DNA from: Eledone cirrhosa
Lineage: Eukaryota
NCBI GenBank assembly: GCA_964016885.1
Contig: OZ024741.1
Span: 281,728,001 to 281,792,000 of the forward strand
DNA length: 64,000 nt
Reading direction: 5' to 3'
Part shown: positions 12,296 through 25,555 of the stretch, piece after piece
Numbering within the stretch: the stretch's first letter is position 1
How the letters are laid out: each line of letters begins with the position of its first letter
Position numbers and translations under genes: made by a program
The notes under the pieces: generated by a model
What the model saw: only the letters and a program-made list of their open reading frames with translations
Told to the model about the DNA's origin: nothing
The model's database searches: none

Positions 12296-13539
12296 TAAAA
12301 AACTACAAAAGTCCATATATATAAAGTACCAGTCAAGTACTGGGGTAGATTCTTTCTTTATATCTCTTTCTCACTTCCGTACTGTCTATCACTCTCTATC
12401 CTTCTCTGTAGTGGAGAGGGGATGGACTCTGCCAGGTTTTTAAATGCCCTAGAAATGCCATATGTCAAAACAGTGCTCCTACGACTCAGGAGTTACAAGA
12501 CCATGCATGCATGCATGCGTGCGTGTATATATATATAGACATATACCTACACACACACACATACATTATAAAGAGTCAGGGCCTGACAGCTGAGCTCTTG
12601 CCATTCCGACAGCTAGTTCTAGGCTGTTAAAAGGGTTCCTGTGGCTTGTTCATACGAGATAAACTGTCCATTCAATTGTAAATTTTCTTTATAGGTTGTT
12701 GCAGAAAAGTTTTAGAATGAATTGATTGTATTTTATATATACAAATACACATACATATATTTTTATATATTTAGGGAGTGGTTGTATGAGTGTGTGCGTG
12801 CAAGGTAGCTTATGTGCACATCCATATGTATCTGTATGTTTACTTACGTATCTGGGGACAGGTGAGATGGAAGATTTGTTAAAAGGAAGTAGAATTGTAT
12901 TATCGAAGAGAGAGTGTAAGAGTGAGTGTGAGTGTGTGTGTGTGCGCGCGCCTATCACAGTAGGCATGTTTTTCGTGATTTGCAGATAACGGAGCCAGAG
13001 AATTGACACCACAAGAGGCTAGCTCTTACTGATCAAAGAGTAGCCCGGTCAAACTTTGACAAATTAAATATATCTTAACAAAAGAACTTGTTTCTTAGTT
13101 ATCGCCAATTAATCACAGATGTAAGATTATTTTGTTTTCATTACTGATATACAGTGGAACCTCAGTTCATGAACGCCTCTCATTGATATTACGATTGTTG
13201 CTGTTGTAATTTTGAGTGAGTGTATTAGATCAAATTCTTTTTGTTGCATGTGATACTGGTAGCTAAGCTAACACTTAAATTACCTTAAATTATGGACAGA
13301 AGTATACAATTTAAAAAGAAAAAACACATTTTAATTAAATGAGTTCTAGTACTACGGAGTTAAATGTGTGTGTGTGTGTGGAGAAGTGTGTGTATGGCAC
13401 TTATTATATTTGGATGTATGCAGGGTTTTGCCGACCTGCAAGTGTGTATGTGTGGTGTTGAAAATTATTTCAAACATAAGAATAATTGTGTATACTGTTT
13501 GATTATTGGCCAATACTGTCAGTATTGAATCACAGACAT

Positions 13540-13790
13540 CTAGAAAATATTGCTGTGCAGATATTGAAGAAAGCAATGGTGCTTTTATGGTAGAGTGGAT
13601 ATTTGTAATTGGCACCAACACATCATTACATCTTGGCCATGAAAAAAGAATTGATTGAGTAAGGAGGGTGCATGAATTTAATTAATAAATCTTTAGACAT
13701 CATTCCAATCCATTTCTGTGCATTGTAAAGGTATGCAGCAAACATGGCCGGCTTTACATCCTGTAACTGACTAACCAAATTAAACTGTTG
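13540..13790 (-). pseudogene. Decayed C-terminal fragment of a DNA transposase (possibly Sola2-like)
   Basis: FAAYLYNAQKWIG..IKFMHPP..NSF and VPITNI..TIKAP..SAQQY resemble a recurrent transposase C-terminal pattern; recalled from memory, not searched. Confidence 0.35.
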
Positions 13791-14711
13791 AGCAATTGAT
13801 AGAGTAAAAGAATTTATGTAAGCTGGATGCATATGTACTCCCGACCTCACCAGGAGATTAGTGGTTCTGATTGAGTACTGAGCAGTCTATAATGACCCAT
13901 CAACATTTACTAGCTGGGAAAACAGCCAATACTGCTGATGATATACACCAGCTAGTTACTGACAGATGCTTGACAATAACAGTAAAGTGGTGGTGGTGGT
14001 GGTTTAACTCTTTTGATACCAAACTGTCTGAAACTACTCCAGATTCTTTGAAACAAAAATGTTTATTTTATGGTGCATATATTTATGTAAAAAAAACAAA
14101 CTATCATAATATTGTTATGTTCTAAACACCAGCTTAATAATGAGAAAGTTACATAACCCAAATCCCTCCAAATTCTTGTTTATCTTTGAAATTATTTGAA
14201 AATCATAGACAATGTCTTTCAACAGAAATATGGTAACTAAAGAGTAAATTTAGTAGAAAGGTTTTTTTTACATATGGATAATTATCCCTAAAACAGATAT
14301 ATCATTCAATATAACATTTGAAACTTTTTTTTTAATAGAGAAAAAAAGCAAATGATTTTCAAATTACAATTATTATCATAGCTTAGAATGTATTTTCCCT
14401 GCTAGCAAAGATTAGACATATCGTCACAGACTGGTCAGTACTCAAACAGAGCCACTGACCTCTCTGAGTGGATGGAAGCCCAACATACAATCCTGCACTC
14501 TACCAAGTGTTTTTATTTTGCTTTATAGCAAAAACACACATATATGTTATAATCATTTTTACATTGATTTTTCTGTGCTGGTATGGGATAGATAGGACTT
14601 TTTAAGGCAATGTTTTACAGCCAGATGCCCTTCCTGACACCAACCCTTTTCATTGCTTCTAACAACAGGCTGGCATATGATGTGCCTATTCTAAACTGGA
14701 TACACATATCC

Positions 14712-14760
<49 letters not shown>

Positions 14761-15809
14761 CATTTTACATATATTTGAAAGTGCTTTTGCTATAAATCAA
14801 AGAACTAAGACGTGTGAATTTTAACTATGGAAATAGTTGTGAATAAATCGATGTTATATTATCTTTTTTTTTTCTGCCTCAAAGGGTTACATTCACAATT
14901 TATCCTCAACTATATTATAGTTACAATTCATGTGTTGTTGTGTTGTGGTTCTTTGCTTTAGAGCAAAAACAAACTTTCAAATTTTCAATTTCCCATTCAC
15001 TTTATATATATACACACATATCTTTTGCCATCTTCCACATAAGTCTGAACAAACTGATACAGTATGCGAGTTTTTTTTATTTATATAGCAAATAGCCCCA
15101 CCCCACCCCACCTTATCTTCTGTAAAGAAAGTCGTGAAGGACAGGCAACAATAATATAGCAACAAATATACCATTGCTGCTGTTGTGCAGGCTTCCTATT
15201 TTTAAAATAATACTTAACACTACATAATTACTCAAACATTCCTTGTTGTTATCATGAGCTCAGTAGTATATTCCTCCTCTATGGCTAGGTAATATCAGCC
15301 ATTTTCTGCGCTATACTGATGAACCGAAGTAACAATACAGCAAAAAGAAAAGAAAAGAATAATAATAATATTGTTAAAAATAGAAAACAAAATAAGTGAG
15401 GGAAGACCCCATGACATCATAGCAGTCACTTGGAAAATAAATCTCAGCTAAGCAGAATAAGAACTAAAAATATAAATGCAGAGAACAAGGTTGGCTGCTA
15501 AATAAGAAAAAAACAGATGATAGGAATTAGTATTAACAACTAGCCAAAGAGAAAATCGATTAAACACAAATAGATAGTTATTTGGGTACAAAATTTGGTA
15601 TTATGTGTGGAGAAATATAAAAAATTCTCATGTTCAAGTATGTTATTATTATTCAAGTGTATGTGTGATATTCAAGTTGAACAGTTAGAATTAGGCCCTG
15701 AAATCAGATAATCAGGTCAGTTTGTTTGGCATTTTACCATTTTTTAACACTTTTCACACCAATTAACCTGAAGACACCTTTGGTTCTTATAAAACTAAGG
15801 TATCTAATA

Positions 15810-16080
15810 TAAAGAATTTAATATAAATCTAATATGCTTATGCATGTAGATACTATAAAATAGCTTATGAAATAGAGTGAAGACCCTTAAAGACAGAAAA
15901 AGAAGTTGCCATTGGCTGCTAAAAGGAATCAAACCCCATATATCCCAGATATGGAGTACAATTCCTTGCAGCAGCCACTGACAACTTCTTTTTCACTCTT
16001 TAAGGATCTTCATCCTATTTTATAAGCTATTTTATAGCATCTCCACGCATGAGCACACTACTCTCTATATTAACTTTATC
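15810..16080. mobile_element. Fold-back insertion with B-box-like centre, inside a P1 MITE
   Basis: About 95-bp arms 15836-15930 and 15961-16054 are reverse complements; the centre reads GGTTTGATTCC on the minus strand. Confidence 0.75.
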
Positions 16081-16714
16081 TCTTCAGTGCTTTCTAAAAG
16101 TCAGAGAGATCAGCTACATATACATTTAGTTAGTTATTTTAAAGAGTTTATATTTATCTAAAAAAAACCTTCCATCATAATTTTATGTGAACCTTAAAAT
16201 TATGCTCCAGACACCAGGTTAATAGCATAAAAGTTATTTTACTAAATCTCTCCAAATTCTTGATTATTTTCTAAATTTATATATGAGTCTGTCATTAGAA
16301 ACATGGCAATCCAAGAAGCTCATCAGGCTGGAGATTTTCTTGGTCCCATGAGGGATTATATAACTGGGAGTAAAAGCTTAGTTTCATGAGGTATTAAGCA
16401 ACTGGAAGTAGAAGTCTGGTTCCATAAAATGTTAAGCAAAAAGGTGTACAAGACTCATCCTTGGACAGGGTGTTAATCTGTCCCAACATTAAATCACAGC
16501 TGTTGCTGGTTTCCCTCTTTTTTTTTCAGTTGAGTTAACTGGAGCAATGTAAACAATATGATCTTGACCCTCACACCTGTAGGCCATACAACTTCACTTT
16601 AATATGGTCCAAATAAAAATAATTTCTTACATCTGCCATAGATTTGAGGGAAATGTAGAGTCAGTGAAACCAATCCCCAGTAATATATCTGGAATAATCT
16701 CCATCAGTTTCAAT

Positions 16715-17030
16715 GATGAGTGTTTCAGTGGTTCAGCCAATAGGACAGCCTGTTTATAAAATTAACATTTAAGTAGCTGAGCATTCAACGGACACAGATA
16801 CCCTAGACATAATTCTGAGAGAAATTCAGCATGAGACAAGGATAGCTCTTTAAATTAAAGATACAGTCCATCTGACAGGCTTCCAAACAGTTTCCATCTA
16901 CTCAATTTCACTCACATGACATAGGTTGACCTGAGGTTATGGTAAATGATATTTGCCCAAGATGTCTTGCAGTGGAATCAAACCCATGGGCCTAATGATT
17001 GTGAAGCAAACATTTTAAAAATTTAACCAT
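16715..17030 (-). mobile_element. Composite SINE (family C head plus a second conserved domain)
   Basis: Homologous to 41510-41830 (+) and 38310-38590 (-); GCTCAGCCACTTGCACATTAATTTC-type domain. Confidence 0.65.
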
Positions 17031-18309
17031 GCTGTGAATATTTGACCAATATTTTATTATTTGAATCCCTGAAAGATGAGAAGGCAATGTTGATGTTAGT
17101 AAGATTTGAACTTTGTAAAGATATGGAACTAAATACAACATTTTGTCCAATGCTCTACTGACTTCGCCTCTCTGATGATTTGGAAAAATGAAAACCAAAT
17201 ATTTATATCTAATATGGAACAAATAACATTTTCTTCTAATATGTAGTACAGAGGTTTTAACTAAATAAGGTGTTTTAATGTCTAATTTCCTATAGTTTCT
17301 TTTACATATTCTTAAAAATCAATTGAAACAATACTCACACAAAAGTAAGTCCTATATATATATATATATACATTTTTTTTTTTTGGTTCACTGAATAAGT
17401 AATTCAAAACAAAAGCAAAAATATTTGGTTTGAAAGTGTTAATGATTATTTACAAAACTACTTTTACTTCTCAAAAGAAATCCTGTTTTTTTTTTAAGTG
17501 ATGCTAAAAAGGATATTATTGGATAGGAGAAAATAAATACATAAGTGCTAATATCAGATGTTGCTAATTGCTCAAAATCTCTTTTGGGGAATAAAAATAG
17601 GATCAACAATTTTATTATTATATATCTTGAAAACGAAAAATGAAAAGCATTTTCTCAAGATATCAAAAACAAAATCATACAAAGAAAATAAAAATCATGT
17701 TATAAGTGTTCTAAAAAATATCTCTGATATACTATTACTAGAAAATAACCAAATTAGAATAAATAAACGAAATGTAAATATGCTATGGCTTAATATCAAA
17801 AATATTCTTGATATTATAGTGAACATAGATACATGGAATTTAAATTTCACTCTTGAAGTAGTTTTTAAATTTACCACTCGCGCGCACGCAAAGCTGAGGG
17901 GATAAAGTTAATTATAAAGAGTAGTCATGTACACAGTGATGCTATAAACTAAGGTGACGACCATTCGAGATGGAAAAAGGAGTTGCCATCGGTACATCCA
18001 CATCTTTAAATTTTTTTTTCTGTAACACTTTAATGAGTGTACTTTTAATAAAATACAGTTTCAATTAATTCAAGAAAAACTTTTAAAGGATTTGTTAAAA
18101 TGATTAATTATTTCATTGCTAAGATAGAAACTTAATATATGCTTCTTATATTAAAATAAGGTAGGAATTGAAATTAGAACCATTTAAAATGGGTGGTTTT
18201 GTTTCATAGAACCAGAACTGGTTTAGGTTGGGTTGATATCAAAAGGGTTGATCAACACAGGTTTATTTTTGTTTTGATATATATATATATATTGGAGGTG
18301 GGAGATCAG

Positions 18310-18530
18310 TTTGCTCTTTGTAGTTCTGGGGAAGAAGGATTGGACAATGTTTAAAACTGAGTATGGGAGCTGAGAGACAGTATAGAAGATGACATGAACA
18401 GTGGCAGGTGTATTGAGGGAACCAAGGTGAAGGTGATATACAGTTTGATAAGTAGTAGTAGTAGCAGTAGCTGTTGTGACAGAGAAAAAGAACAGCACCT
18501 CTGTTAGCTAGTGGCAGTATGCCAAATAGG
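18310..18530 (-). mobile_element. CR1/L2-like LINE C-terminal relic
   Basis: The minus frame contains SFFPRT, typical of the CR1/L2/Jockey-group ORF2 end. Confidence 0.35.
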
Positions 18531-18630
18531 CATTTTTTTTGTTTTTGTTGGATGCTGTCTAGGACATTTATTTATCTAACATTCACTGTCACAAACAGAT
18601 GAGTAATACTTCAATATGGGTCACATTTAA

Positions 18631-18916
18631 CTCTTTTGATACAAAACTGCTGGAAACCTACCTTGGTTCATCATCATACAAATCTTTAGAATTATTTATA
18701 TTTATCTAATAAAATGTTAATCCTTTAGTTAAATGATGATGGATAGAAAATCCTGAAACACTAGTAACTAGCCATCTCATATGTCTACTGAGATAGCTGC
18801 GACATGATTGCAGCTTAAGGCAGCCATGGCAAGACATATATGCTTATTACACAAACATATCATATATACCAGCATATTCACCACTATCATTTATTAGAAA
18901 TATGGTAAAGAAAGGG
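18631..18916. mobile_element. piggyBac-like MITE (P1)
   Basis: TTAA-CTCTTT ... AAAGGG-TTAA. Confidence 0.7.
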
Positions 18917-19603
18917 TTAAATCTTGTAAAGAATCAATAACAGACCAGGAAAGAACTACATTCTAGCCATGAAGAAGACTTTCTACTTGGGGTTTCACGT
19001 GTAGCAGAGCTATAAGGGAGATCATCATGGAAGGTAAAGTTAAAAGATGAATGGAGACATAAGGGCGCCATCTTGACATGCCATCTTGGACATTTAAAAC
19101 CTGCCGGAGCCAATCCTTCTCTAGGTTGGAATACTGCTGATTTCTTCCACAGAGAGAAGGAAAGAGAGAGAGTGATCAAGCTGTGAGGAGAAAGAATCAA
19201 CCCCAGTACTAGATTCATAACCATATTGCTCCTATCAAAAGGCACTGGCTAGACTAGTATTTATTTATTGATTTTGAAAGGACGAAAGTTGACCTCAGTA
19301 GAATTTGATTTCAGACCATAGAGAGACCACCAATCTTTAAGTGGACAAGAATTTGTAGGACTTTAGCTGTGTTGTTTATCCATAAATATCATCCCTCTAA
19401 TACCAAACTGCCCAAAACAGCCCCTGGTTCTATAATACAAAATTGCTTGTTTTAAATGATTTAACCTTTTATTAAAACCTTTCATCATATTTTTAGTTTA
19501 GAAATTTTTCTTAAGAAATGTTCTAAGTATCAGCTTACTAATGGAAAACTTAGTTATTTTATTAAATTAATTGAAACACATAGGCTGTGTATTTCATTAA
19601 AAA

Positions 19604-19860
19604 TCATCATCATCATCGTTTAACGTCCATGTTCCATGCAAGCATGGGTAGGACGGGCTGACCCTTTGTGAGAGATCAGGTTGGAGGACCATGTTTCGCT
19701 CACACAGAACTGATTTTGGCTTGGTTTCTACAGCTGGATACCCTTCATAATGCCAACCACATTTACAGTGTATGCTGGGTGGATTTTGTCAAGACACCTA
19801 CATGACCACTTTCAGTGTGAGCTGGGCACTTTTTGTTGTATCGCCAACATGACCAATTTA
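19604..19860 (-). mobile_element. RTE-type 3' UTR and tail fragment
   Basis: (CAT)n then CGTTTAACGTCC, CCATGCAAGCATGG stem and GGATACCCTTC motif. Confidence 0.75.
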
Positions 19861-19910
19861 TGGTAATAAAATGGTTAGCGCAAGAATGTTTACTATATAT
19901 ATATATATAT

Positions 19911-20480
19911 CATCATCACCATTTTACGTCCATTCTTCCACGCTAGCATGGGTTAGACGGGTTGTCCTGTTGTGGGCAGTGCCCGATCAGCTGACCATGT
20001 CTTACTCATACGGGAACTGATTCTGGCTTGATTTCTACAACTGGATGCCCTTCCTCACACCAACCTTATTTACAGTGAATGCTGGATATTTTTTTCCTGT
20101 GGCGCCTACACATCCACTTTACAGTGTGAGCTGGGTGCTTTTATGCCATTGCACCTCCACGACCCCTTTGCAGTGGGAGGGGGTGGGAGCATATTGTCTA
20201 TGGGAACTCGGGTCTTCTGTATTACTGCGTGACGCCAGAGGTCACAGTCATGTGTCATCGCCTTTAAGAGGTGCAATTGGGTAAGGTCGGCTTTTATCGC
20301 CTCATCCCAGGTCTTCTTGGGTCTCCCCACTCTGCGGCTTCCATCGACCTCTAGTGCTCTGCATCTTTTTATGCAGCTGTTATCCTTCATACGCATCACA
20401 TATCCATATCAATGCAACCTCCTCTCATGCACACAACATTTGATTCCTCTTATGCTCAGTCTCTGTCTCAATTCATTACA
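19911..20480 (-). mobile_element. 5'-truncated RTE LINE (long-UTR type)
   Basis: MRMKDNSCIKRCRALEVDGSRRVGRPKKTWDE..LWRHAVIQKTR followed by a UTR with AGGAAGGGCATCC and the tail; abuts (TA)n. Confidence 0.85.
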
Positions 20481-20527
20481 TCCATCGGAGCATGCAGGCT
20501 TCGTTTCTTTCTAATCTACGCAATTCT

Positions 20528-20558
<31 letters not shown>

Positions 20559-22009
20559 AGTCTGTCTGTGTGTGATGAAATTTTCTCAAGTAATGTTCTA
20601 AATATGAGCTTACTAATGAAGATCTTAGCTATTTCTTTCATTAAACTCCTCTAAATGTTTGGATATTTTCAAAATTAATAGAAAGACATAGGCATTATTT
20701 CATTAGAAATACAGTAATGAAAGGGTTAAACATTATCATACTTCTTACAAGTATCTTGACTTCTGTTGATGATGGTATTAAGATATTGAAGGCTTCTGTA
20801 GGCTTTACAAGAAACACACTATGTCCAATGATTGTGTATATTGTAGATGTTTTTTTAATCTCATTATGTATCCTGACTTTATTTTCAAGTACCCAATTCA
20901 TTTTTAGTTGTACCAATGTATGCACATACATATATACACACACATACACACATGAATGTGTACATGGACATCATTTGCAAGTGCGCATTTCTATTTAACT
21001 GTACGCAAGTGTACACACGCACACACACACACACACACATTTTATCTATATATATGTGTACATACACATGTAATTTTACAATTAACAAGTTTCAACTGAA
21101 GAATTTCAAAATCAGAGATGGGGGGGGGGAGAAAGAAATAGATAGAATATGCATGTGAGAGAGAGAGAGAGAGAGAAAAAAAGATGGCATAAGCATGTGT
21201 GAGAGGGAGAGAGAGGGAGAGAGAGGGAGAGAGAGTTGGGCAAAAGAGAGAGTGTGAATAAGATTGTTTAAACTCCTTATATCAATAAAATGTAGGATAG
21301 TGTGAGAATCCATTAACAGAGTGGCTAGCTAACATTTATGGCTGGTTCTCCTGAAGCTGACATTAAGCATACACCAGCAGCAAGAAGTATTGATAAGACT
21401 TCTAATGTTGTAATGGGTGTAGTACAACCCGGAAATACAGACTCACCACACAACACACTACAGAGATGGAATGATAGAAAGATAGAATGGAGCTTTTAGA
21501 TAAGTTGAATACAGACCGCATATTAGATTTCAACTTTTCCATCTGCAAACTGGTTAAAAATATTTCCTAAATAACAGAACAACAACAATAATTTCTAGCA
21601 ACAAATTTTGAAGTAGTGTGGTATGAATTAAACTGACACCAGTATTTTACTGGTATTTATTTTATTCATCCAGAAAGATTTAAAAGCCAAATTCAACACT
21701 AGTATGATTTGAATGTGACATGGCTGGCAGGTACAACTCATTTTTGCCAGCTGAGTGGACTGAAGCAACGTGAAATAAAGTGCCTTGCTCAAGGACTCAA
21801 TACACCACCAGGAATTGAACTCACAACCATACCATTGTAAACCAAATACCCAAATCACAAAACCATGTGCCTTAACATATACATATATATATATGTGTAT
21901 GTATAAATGTATGTGTGCGTGTGTAGGAGAGAGAGAGTAAAATCCCGACTGCTGCACCAAGAGGTTTTGGCTTGTGTATTAAGCAATCATACACACACAT
22001 ATACACCAT

Positions 22010-22190
22010 GTAGGTGTCACAACAAAAAGCACCCAGTACTCACTGTAAATGAGGTTGGCACAAGGAAGGGCATCCAGCTGTAGAAACCAAGCCAAAATCA
22101 GTTCTGTATGAGCAAGACATGGTCACCTGACCTAGCATTTCCCACAACATGTTAGTGTGAAAACAATGGATGTAAAACGGTGACGATGAT
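22010..22190 (+). mobile_element. RTE-type 3' UTR and tail fragment
   Basis: GGTTGGCACAAGGAAGGGCATCCAGCTGTAGAAACC ... GATGTAAAACGGTGACGATGAT. Confidence 0.7.
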
Positions 22191-22301
22191 ACTATATATA
22201 TATATATATGTGTGTATATGTATATATGTGTATATGTATATATGTGTGCATATATATATATTCCTGTTTCTCCATTGTGATCCTGTCTCTATTTTGTATT
22301 C

Positions 22302-22330
22302 CTGAAGAAGGGCTTAAGCCCGACACGTCA
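22302..22330 (+). ncRNA. Minimal hammerhead ribozyme relic (Penelope-type)
   Basis: CTGAAGA-A-GGGC-TTAA-GCCC-GACAC-GTCA; the GAAA core is mutated to GACA. Confidence 0.55.
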
Positions 22331-23319
22331 AACTTTCTTTCCTTTTTCTAATATAAAGCGTGAAACTAATAAGACTGAAAAGCAGGTTAAATACCCCTAG
22401 AAAATTGCAGACAAGCAAAAATGCAAAATGTGAGGAATGGAACCACACATCTTTCGGATGTCGGATGAATGCATTAACCATTATAGTAAGAGGTGTCTAG
22501 TCCGTTACCATAAGGGCAAACAGTGAAATGAATTGGCTTGCTCATCCAAGAATTGAACCCACAACCTTATAATCATGAGTTCTATAATGGGTTCAACACC
22601 CTAACCACCAGGCTATATGCCTTCATGCCACCACCCCCTCATCACATGTGAATGTATGCTACTCTATAGGTACCAGATGATCTGGTAATGTTATACATGA
22701 CAGACTGGTATTTTATTAAGGTAGACAGATTCATCTCCCATTAGTTTCACATCATAAAACTAGATCTAGGATACTGGTAATTAAAAACCCACAGAATTTT
22801 TTTTTTTTTAATAATAATGATTTAGACAAGGAGGAAAGGGCTGTGCCCACAACACTTTTCTAATTCTCTGAGTCTAGTGAGAGGGATAGAAGAAGGTATT
22901 CTCTAACAGGAGCTCAGAACCCAAATAATTGCAACAGAATGGGCCCTGCTAAAGGTGCCCAAAAGCAAATAATTCAGCATCATCAATGTTGAACATTTGT
23001 TTTTCCTGCTAGCATGTGTTGGATAGTCCATCATAGATTAATCAGTACTCAAGCGAAGCCAATGTCACCCAGGTGAGTCGAGGCCCTGTCATATGACACT
23101 TTGCTTTACCAAGTGCATTTTATCATGGCATCAACACTAAAGAAGTTGTCATGTCCATGACACAGTTGAAGAATCCTTTGTTTACCAGGGTTACCCTTCC
23201 TAACACCAACCACTTTAGTGTACTGGTATAAATGTTTGAAGTTCAACGCAAGAAACTTAAATTAAATCTTAACATCTTGTAATGATTTGCCCTGTGTATC
23301 CCAGTTTTTAGAATATATA

Positions 23320-23750
23320 TACATCTTCCAGCCTGTGACATTCGAGAGGTTTGGAGGAGTCGGGCTACTAACTGCTAGATTCTCATCTTCACTAGCGGCT
23401 CGCCTAACAGAGGTAACTGGTAATGCTTGTGAGGGTGCTTGGTTGTTTCAACGCATCAGCCTCACCCGAGGTAACACTGAGAGCGCGCTGGCTTGCTTCA
23501 AAAATTATTAGAGAGGTTTTTCAGTGCTCCTCGCAATGTTATCTTTTGCTTTGGTAGCAGTTTGTTTGTCCACCCCTTTCGCCTGCTTTTTCTTGTATGT
23601 GGTCCTAGATGTGTGTATTACCTGCTTATGTGTTTGTTTGTTTTTTTCTCTTTATTTTCCTTTTTGTTTGCTTTCCCTTTCCTTTGTATATATTATATTT
23701 ATTATACAACTGTGTATAAAACTTTATACTTTTTGATCTGAAATAAAATT
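23320..23750 (+). mobile_element. CRE-clade non-LTR retrotransposon 3' end
   Basis: FQPVTFERFGGVG..LAARLTEVTGN..EGAWLFQRISL.RGN matches the C-terminus after the RLE domain; U-rich UTR ending in AATAAA. Confidence 0.7.
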
Positions 23751-24481
23751 ATAATTGTTTAGATTCCTATACTGTATCCCTGTGTGTCATAAGAGGAAAC
23801 TAAAATGGTTGACATGAAGCAAGGCACCAATCTGTAAAACTTTGTACTAAAGGCAAGTTAGAAATAAAAAGCTGAAAGAGGGATATTAGCAAGGTTTAGG
23901 GGAAAGAAAATTGGAAGTAGTGGAATTATATTTTTGTGTCTGTATCCTTCCTGAAGTATGCTTTTAGTAGCTGGTTTGATTGCAAAAATTTCTTATTTCT
24001 TCTACTGTCTGTAGAGTTATTGTTTATGACAATCTTGGCAAGTAGCAATTCAATTTACATAAGAAATTCTCCCCCCCCCCCCCCCACACACACACTACTG
24101 CAAATAAACACTTTAGTTTAAAAACATCAAAATTCATTATTACAAACATGAAGAAAATAAGCACACACCCACCCCGCAAAAAAAGGTTAAACAAGAAAAA
24201 CAAAATAAAAAGAAGACTCAAGTGCTGATAGGTGTTTAGATTAATACTGGGAGGCATATTTATAGATCAAACTTGTAGAAAGTAGTATTGTTGGTGAATG
24301 TGCTGGATTTCTGAGGAAAAACCATATTGCTGTTATAAATAGATGCACAAATAATAGTTCCAGAAAGAAGAGGATATACCAACCATAACTAAAAATGAGG
24401 TGAGAGTCTACTGCAACAGTAAATACATGTGTGTATTATATATGTATACATACATACACATATAAGTGTGTATGGATATGC

Positions 24482-24486
<5 letters not shown>

Positions 24487-24549
<63 letters not shown>

Positions 24550-24571
24550 GAGAGGAGAGAAGAGAGAGCAG

Positions 24572-24636
<65 letters not shown>

Positions 24637-24652
24637 GAGAGAGGAGAGAGAG

Positions 24653-24698
<46 letters not shown>

Positions 24699-24723
24699 GT
24701 GTGTGTGTGTGTGTGTGCGTGTG
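24487..24723. repeat. (GA)n-(GT)n compound microsatellite
   Basis: Direct reading. Confidence 0.98.
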
Positions 24724-24994
24724 ACAGCAGGGTATTCTTTTGACGTCAGTACACATATAGCAAGGATGGTGTGATCTTTCATGTGTATGCTTGCTTCTAG
24801 ATTTTTAGAACAAAAACAAATTTTTGGCTTCATCTTTTATTTTGTTTTATCATTCATTTATTTAATATATTTTTGATGAGAGAAGCTTCTCAGTCATTGT
24901 CATATATGAGTAGTAACATATTTACATATCGGCTAAATGGATGCAGCCCAGAGCCTCTTAGTGAAGCAGGACCCATTCCATTTTAAATATAGTA

Positions 24995-25555
24995 CTGGTG
25001 CCACAATGAAGAGCACCCAGTCTTCATTGTAGTGTTGGTGCCACAACAAAAAGTAACAAATCCATCCTGTAAGGTGGTTGTGCCAGTGCCACAAAAAACA
25101 ATTTTTTAAACCTAATCCACCCTATAAAGTAGTATTGCTGGTGCCACAATGAAAAAGCACTTTGTCTACACTGTAAGGTGACAGTGTTAGTTGCACAATA
25201 AAAAGTACTTTGTCTACACTGTAAAGTGGCAGTGTTAGTGCCACAATGAAAAAGCACCATGTCTGCAATAGAAGGTGGCAGTGCTGATGTCACAATGAAA
25301 AGCACCCAGTTGGCAATATAAGGTGTGTGACAGTGCCACAATGAAGAGCAGGACAATACAGTAGAGCCAAAGTCATGGATAAAATGCTTCCAGTACATGC
25401 TGCAAAGTGGTTGGCATTAGGAAGGGCATCCAGCCAAAGAAACCAAGTCCAAACAAGCTTGTGCAGAAGACATGGTCATCTGACCAATCTAGCCCCAGTA
25501 CATGACACCTTAACCAACCCATGCAAGTATGGAAAATAGACAAATGATGATGGTG
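24995..25555 (+). mobile_element. RTE-type UTR element with degenerate ~45-bp subrepeats
   Basis: About 8 GTGCCACAATGAA-type units, then GGTTGGCATTAGGAAGGGCATCC and an ACCCATGCAAGTATGG tail. Confidence 0.7.

Noticed and set aside
17558-17905. 115-aa K/N/I-rich ORF, possible GIY-YIG remnant
   Set aside because: No diagnostic motif; AT-richness explains the composition.
24408-24833. ER/CV/HT-repeat ORFs (also 38773-39158 and 54751-55369)
   Set aside because: Microsatellite translations.
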